Shown here piece after piece: positions 59,884 through 64,000 of a DNA stretch of 64,000 nt. The stretch spans positions 13,578,001 through 13,642,000 of the forward strand of contig CM022675.1 in NCBI GenBank assembly GCA_012295275.1, written 5' to 3'. The DNA comes from Chrysomallon squamiferum. Lineage: Eukaryota > Animalia > Mollusca. The number at the start of each line of letters is the position of its first letter. The first letter of the stretch is position 1. The notes beneath the pieces were generated by a model, which was given only the letters and a program-made list of their open reading frames with translations, was not told the origin of the DNA and ran no database searches. The position numbers and the translations under genes are program-made.

Positions 59884-60444
59884 GTATAGAACAATTTGTT
59901 TTTATTACTAATATTAGAGCTGAGTCAAATACATTACCGTTCGTAAAGCACCGAATAACCCGGGCATCAGCTGTTTTTCCCTGAGTGTGAAAATGTTTCT
60001 ATTTTATTCGAAATTTTTGCAGTTTTTACTTTTTTCTTCTTCTTCTTCTTCTTCCTACATAAATTTTCAATGTCGTCTGCTCCGTCTCCGAATTTTTGTG
60101 AGAAGCGCAAATCGATTGGTCGGGGTGTTACACATAATTAGTGTTTGGCTTGCAGAATTCTAGATGGTTCCATGGTACAGAAATATCTCAGGCGTTGATG
60201 TTATGCATCGCTATTTGTACTAAATGTTTGGTTGTTTTTTTGTTTTTGTTTTTTTTTCTGTAACTAGGGATGTGTTGACGATCCTGAAACATACAGATAT
60301 TTTTTATTTTATTTTATTTCATTTTATGTAGGGTTTTTTTTAAAGTAATATTAGTTCATAACTAACAGAAACTGATAATATTTTTCTTTATTTCAATTTT
60401 ATTTTGTCCTTGTTTTACTTTATTCTTTATTATTATTATTATTA

Positions 60445-60508
<64 letters not shown>

Positions 60509-61641
60509 ATGGAAAAGGGGTTAGGATATCCTGACATAACTGCTGTTTATTGATTTTTGAATAGTGAAGTTCTTTCTATGAGTAATAGGCTTATCTAGAT
60601 TCTGGCTTTCATCAAGGTCACGAATTACTTTTTAGTTCTGTATTTCGGTTTATTAATATGTCTTATTTCAATGTAATTTTTAAAGAAAATTATATAACAC
60701 TAAAGTAATAATATCTGAAATAATTATAACAATACACATTGATCCCACAAAAAAAGAGAACAATTTTTAAAAATCGTAAGTAAAATTAACTAATTTACAT
60801 ATTTGGTTTTTTTATAATATATAAACTGTAAATATAAGATAAATGGTATTTTAATGCAAAACGTTTTTCTTTCTTTTCGATTTAATCACTTTTTGTTTTA
60901 ATTTTCAATCAATATTATTCTGTAGGTGTTTTTTTTTTTTTTTTTTATATAAGATTGCATCATATGGAGTTTTGCATATCAGATGAGTTCATTAGTTAAT
61001 CAGAACTGAATAATGTTTTTTAATTTTTTTTTTTTATTCTATATATATATATATATATATCAGTTTTATTATTATTATTTAAAGTAAATATCAATTCTTT
61101 AAAACATAAAACTGAAAATTAATAATTATTAACTTCAAGCATATCTTTTCAATATTTTATTTTCAAAATATTACAATAACCAATGGTTAATTAATTAACT
61201 GTAGTCAAGTTGAATAACCTTGGGTTAACCTCTGCAAAGATAGATCGATTGTTGGACATCGGAGGTGGAAGAATAAAAAAAAAACAGAAGAAAAAATCAT
61301 TTATAGAAGTAGCGATCCATTATTTTGTGATTTATTATCAGCTAAATTTAGAATAAATGGGAAAAAGAAAAAAGGAAGAAAAATGTTTCTATGTAAAATT
61401 GATATGTTGTGGAACGCTTTAGTATGTAAGTACTAGGTACTAATTGTGTTCTTCGGTCATTGACCTCAGCTTGGAATAGAGGACACAGCAGCGTTCTACC
61501 AGTGAAACCAATTATCCTTGACTCAGCAGGACAGAAATAGCTGGTGTTTGTACAGAGCTAAAATGTACAGTCAAAATAAATAACTAAACAAACAAATAAA
61601 TAAAATATTATTATTATTAGTAGTAGTAGTAGTAATAGTAA

Positions 61642-61676
<35 letters not shown>

Positions 61677-61925
61677 ATAACAATTATCAATAGATCATTA
61701 TCAGAGGAAAAAAGAAATATTGAAGAAATAAATGTTTATAAAAGCATGAAAATAAATTCAGATTAAAAAAGAATTGTATTGTAATAGCATTTAATTATGT
61801 TATAAAAATGATTTGAAAAGAAAAAAATATGAAAGGAAAAAAAAGAAATCGAAAAAAGAGGAACTTAACAAATGAAAAACTGATTTCATCATCTTTTTTA
61901 TTCTATTTCGTCATTTTCGTTTTAG

Positions 61926-61971
<46 letters not shown>

Positions 61972-62934
61972 TATTATTATTATTATTATTATTATTAAAG
62001 ACGAAGAAAAAGTAATTATATAAAAAAAGAAATATCTAAAAAAAAAAGATAAAAGAAACGATGTGTGTGGTTAATTAAAAATGGTAAAAACAGGAAGATA
62101 GGAATGTGGGATGATGCAACAGAGGTTGCTGTCGTCATCGTGGCATGCAGCAGTGATACTCACAGGCCAATCCCAGTTTGTAGTGGGTGTGGTACATCCT
62201 TCCTCACACTATGCGCAGACACGTGTAAAATCAAACAAAGAGCCGACTGTAAAAATAACCACATAATTACAGCTGCAGCTATTTTTAATTTTTCCCTTAA
62301 AATAGAACTTTATTTATTTGATTATCTTTCTAATTTATTTAGTTATTTAATTTTTTGTTATTTTATTGTTGTAATTATATTGTTTTAATTTTTATAAAAT
62401 TTATTTTATTAGTTTTACTTATTTATTTTTGTTTTCATTTATTCTATTCTATCTTAATTTAAGGGAATATAACAATATATAAATAAACAAAAAATTCTTT
62501 ATTTTTCTTTAAAAGGAAATGTATAATAATTTACGGAGAGTAACGTTATTTTATGACATAACACTTATTTTTAATATTACGTTTTAATTCATCCCTCTTT
62601 TCCTCTGTGTGTGAACTAAAATAAAATGGGTATATCTAACAAGTGTTTCTGAAAGATTAATAATTTAATAAGTTTTAAATATTCTGTACACGGACATCAC
62701 TCATGGCAACATATGTTGAAGAAATAAATTTAATTTTTTTAAAAAAAAATCAATAAAATATTATTTAGAATGAATGTATTTCTGTTTAAAAATATCACAT
62801 TTATTAGTGGAAAACTGTTGAAATTAATAAAATAAAATGCATTGCTATATACAGTCTGAAACATCACACACACGCATACACACATACACAATTTGTGTGT
62901 TGTATGCATGCATGTTCATTTCTTTTGTCCTGTT

Positions 62935-62980
<46 letters not shown>

Positions 62981-63002
62981 CAACAACATTTCATTTACCC
63001 AG

Positions 63003-63163
63003 GCTCCAGCTCGATGCCTTGCTACAAAGATTGACTTGACCAAAGAAGTGAGGGACACAGAAGAGTTGCATCCAGACAAAATACCCAAACCTGATCGGCT
63101 GGGTCACTTCAAGAGCAGCCGAGCCAAGGAGGTGCCCGACCCAGACAGCCTGGAACACTTCAA
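63003..63163 (+). CDS. AOX: Exon 2 of probable alternative oxidase (APARCLATKIDLTKEVRDTEELHPDKIPKPDRLGHFKSSRAKEVPDPDSLEHF); gene continues beyond the window
   Basis: cccag acceptor, AA|GTTAGT donor, coding-like composition. ATKIDL and KIP.P..L.HFK resemble my recollection of the oyster AOX N-terminus (GTKADV...KIPDPEQLDHFR). The catalytic di-iron domain is not in the window. Confidence 0.65.
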
Positions 63164-63378
63164 GTTAGTACAAGCATTACATTCTCATCAGTAATTTAAT
63201 TTACATCTATAATTTAATTCAAAATTTCCATTAGTATTCAGTATGAACTTTGATGTATAATTAATATATTCAGTACAATGCTAACCTATATTTCTATTTA
63301 TTATTATTTTTTTTTAATTTAATTTATTATTTAATTATTCAGTTTATTTTTTTTTAATTTAATTTTATTATTTTGTTG

Positions 63379-63436
<58 letters not shown>

Positions 63437-63457
63437 GTATTTGTTTCTTTGTAGCGA

Positions 63458-63490
<33 letters not shown>

Positions 63491-63541
63491 TGTCTGTTGT
63501 TTGTTCGTTTGTATCTGTTTTAATATTGTCTTACTTGTGTG

Positions 63542-63589
<48 letters not shown>

Positions 63590-63843
63590 TCCTTATGGCC
63601 TTGACTGAAATGAACTCAGTATAATGTAAACACTTAACCTATGGCTTTGATTGGCTAACTCGATGTAAACACAGACAGATGCAGATCGTTTGACGTAGCA
63701 AGCTCATAATTTCTAAAAATAGATTTCTACCGTGGCCTTGATAGATAAAAACAGCAACCTTGTTTTCGTGTAACTAACACAGTTGCTGAACACCAATGTT
63801 AATGACCTGTCTTTTCGTTACTAGGAGGCAAATTAATCCTTGC

Positions 63844-63881
<38 letters not shown>

Positions 63882-63953
63882 TTATTATTATAATTTATTA
63901 TTAATGATTTTACAGTAATTATAATTTGTCTCCAAACATGACTTTTTTAATGT

Positions 63954-64000
<47 letters not shown>

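Overview
AT-rich, microsatellite-saturated animal genomic DNA. It is most consistent with a mollusc or other lophotrochozoan invertebrate (inference). Almost all ORFs in the supplied track are simple-repeat artefacts. Three spliced genes can be built by hand. (1) KLHL18 (BTB-BACK-6xKelch CUL3 adaptor), minus strand, 11 coding exons at 42867..30504, with a GC-AG first intron and a garbled, frameshifted exon 9. (2) A 154-aa secreted protein with two thyroglobulin type-1 domains (thyropin-like), minus strand, 4 exons at 55852..46556, with a TATA/Inr promoter. (3) The first two exons (59773-59883, 63003-63163, plus strand) of a mitochondrially targeted protein resembling my recollection of the molluscan alternative oxidase (AOX) N-terminus. 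Its promoter carries a tight cluster of NF-kB, HRE, ATF4-C/EBP, NRF-1 and TATA motifs. Bases 1-29 kb show no recognisable coding exons, only CpG-retaining motif-rich islands, a tRNA-derived SINE and small duplications. The most unusual structure is a 3.6-kb satellite in KLHL18 intron 4 built from over 100 copies of the exon-5 splice-acceptor/exon-start junction and capped by inverted copies. Two other KLHL18 acceptors and one donor are also tandemly duplicated.
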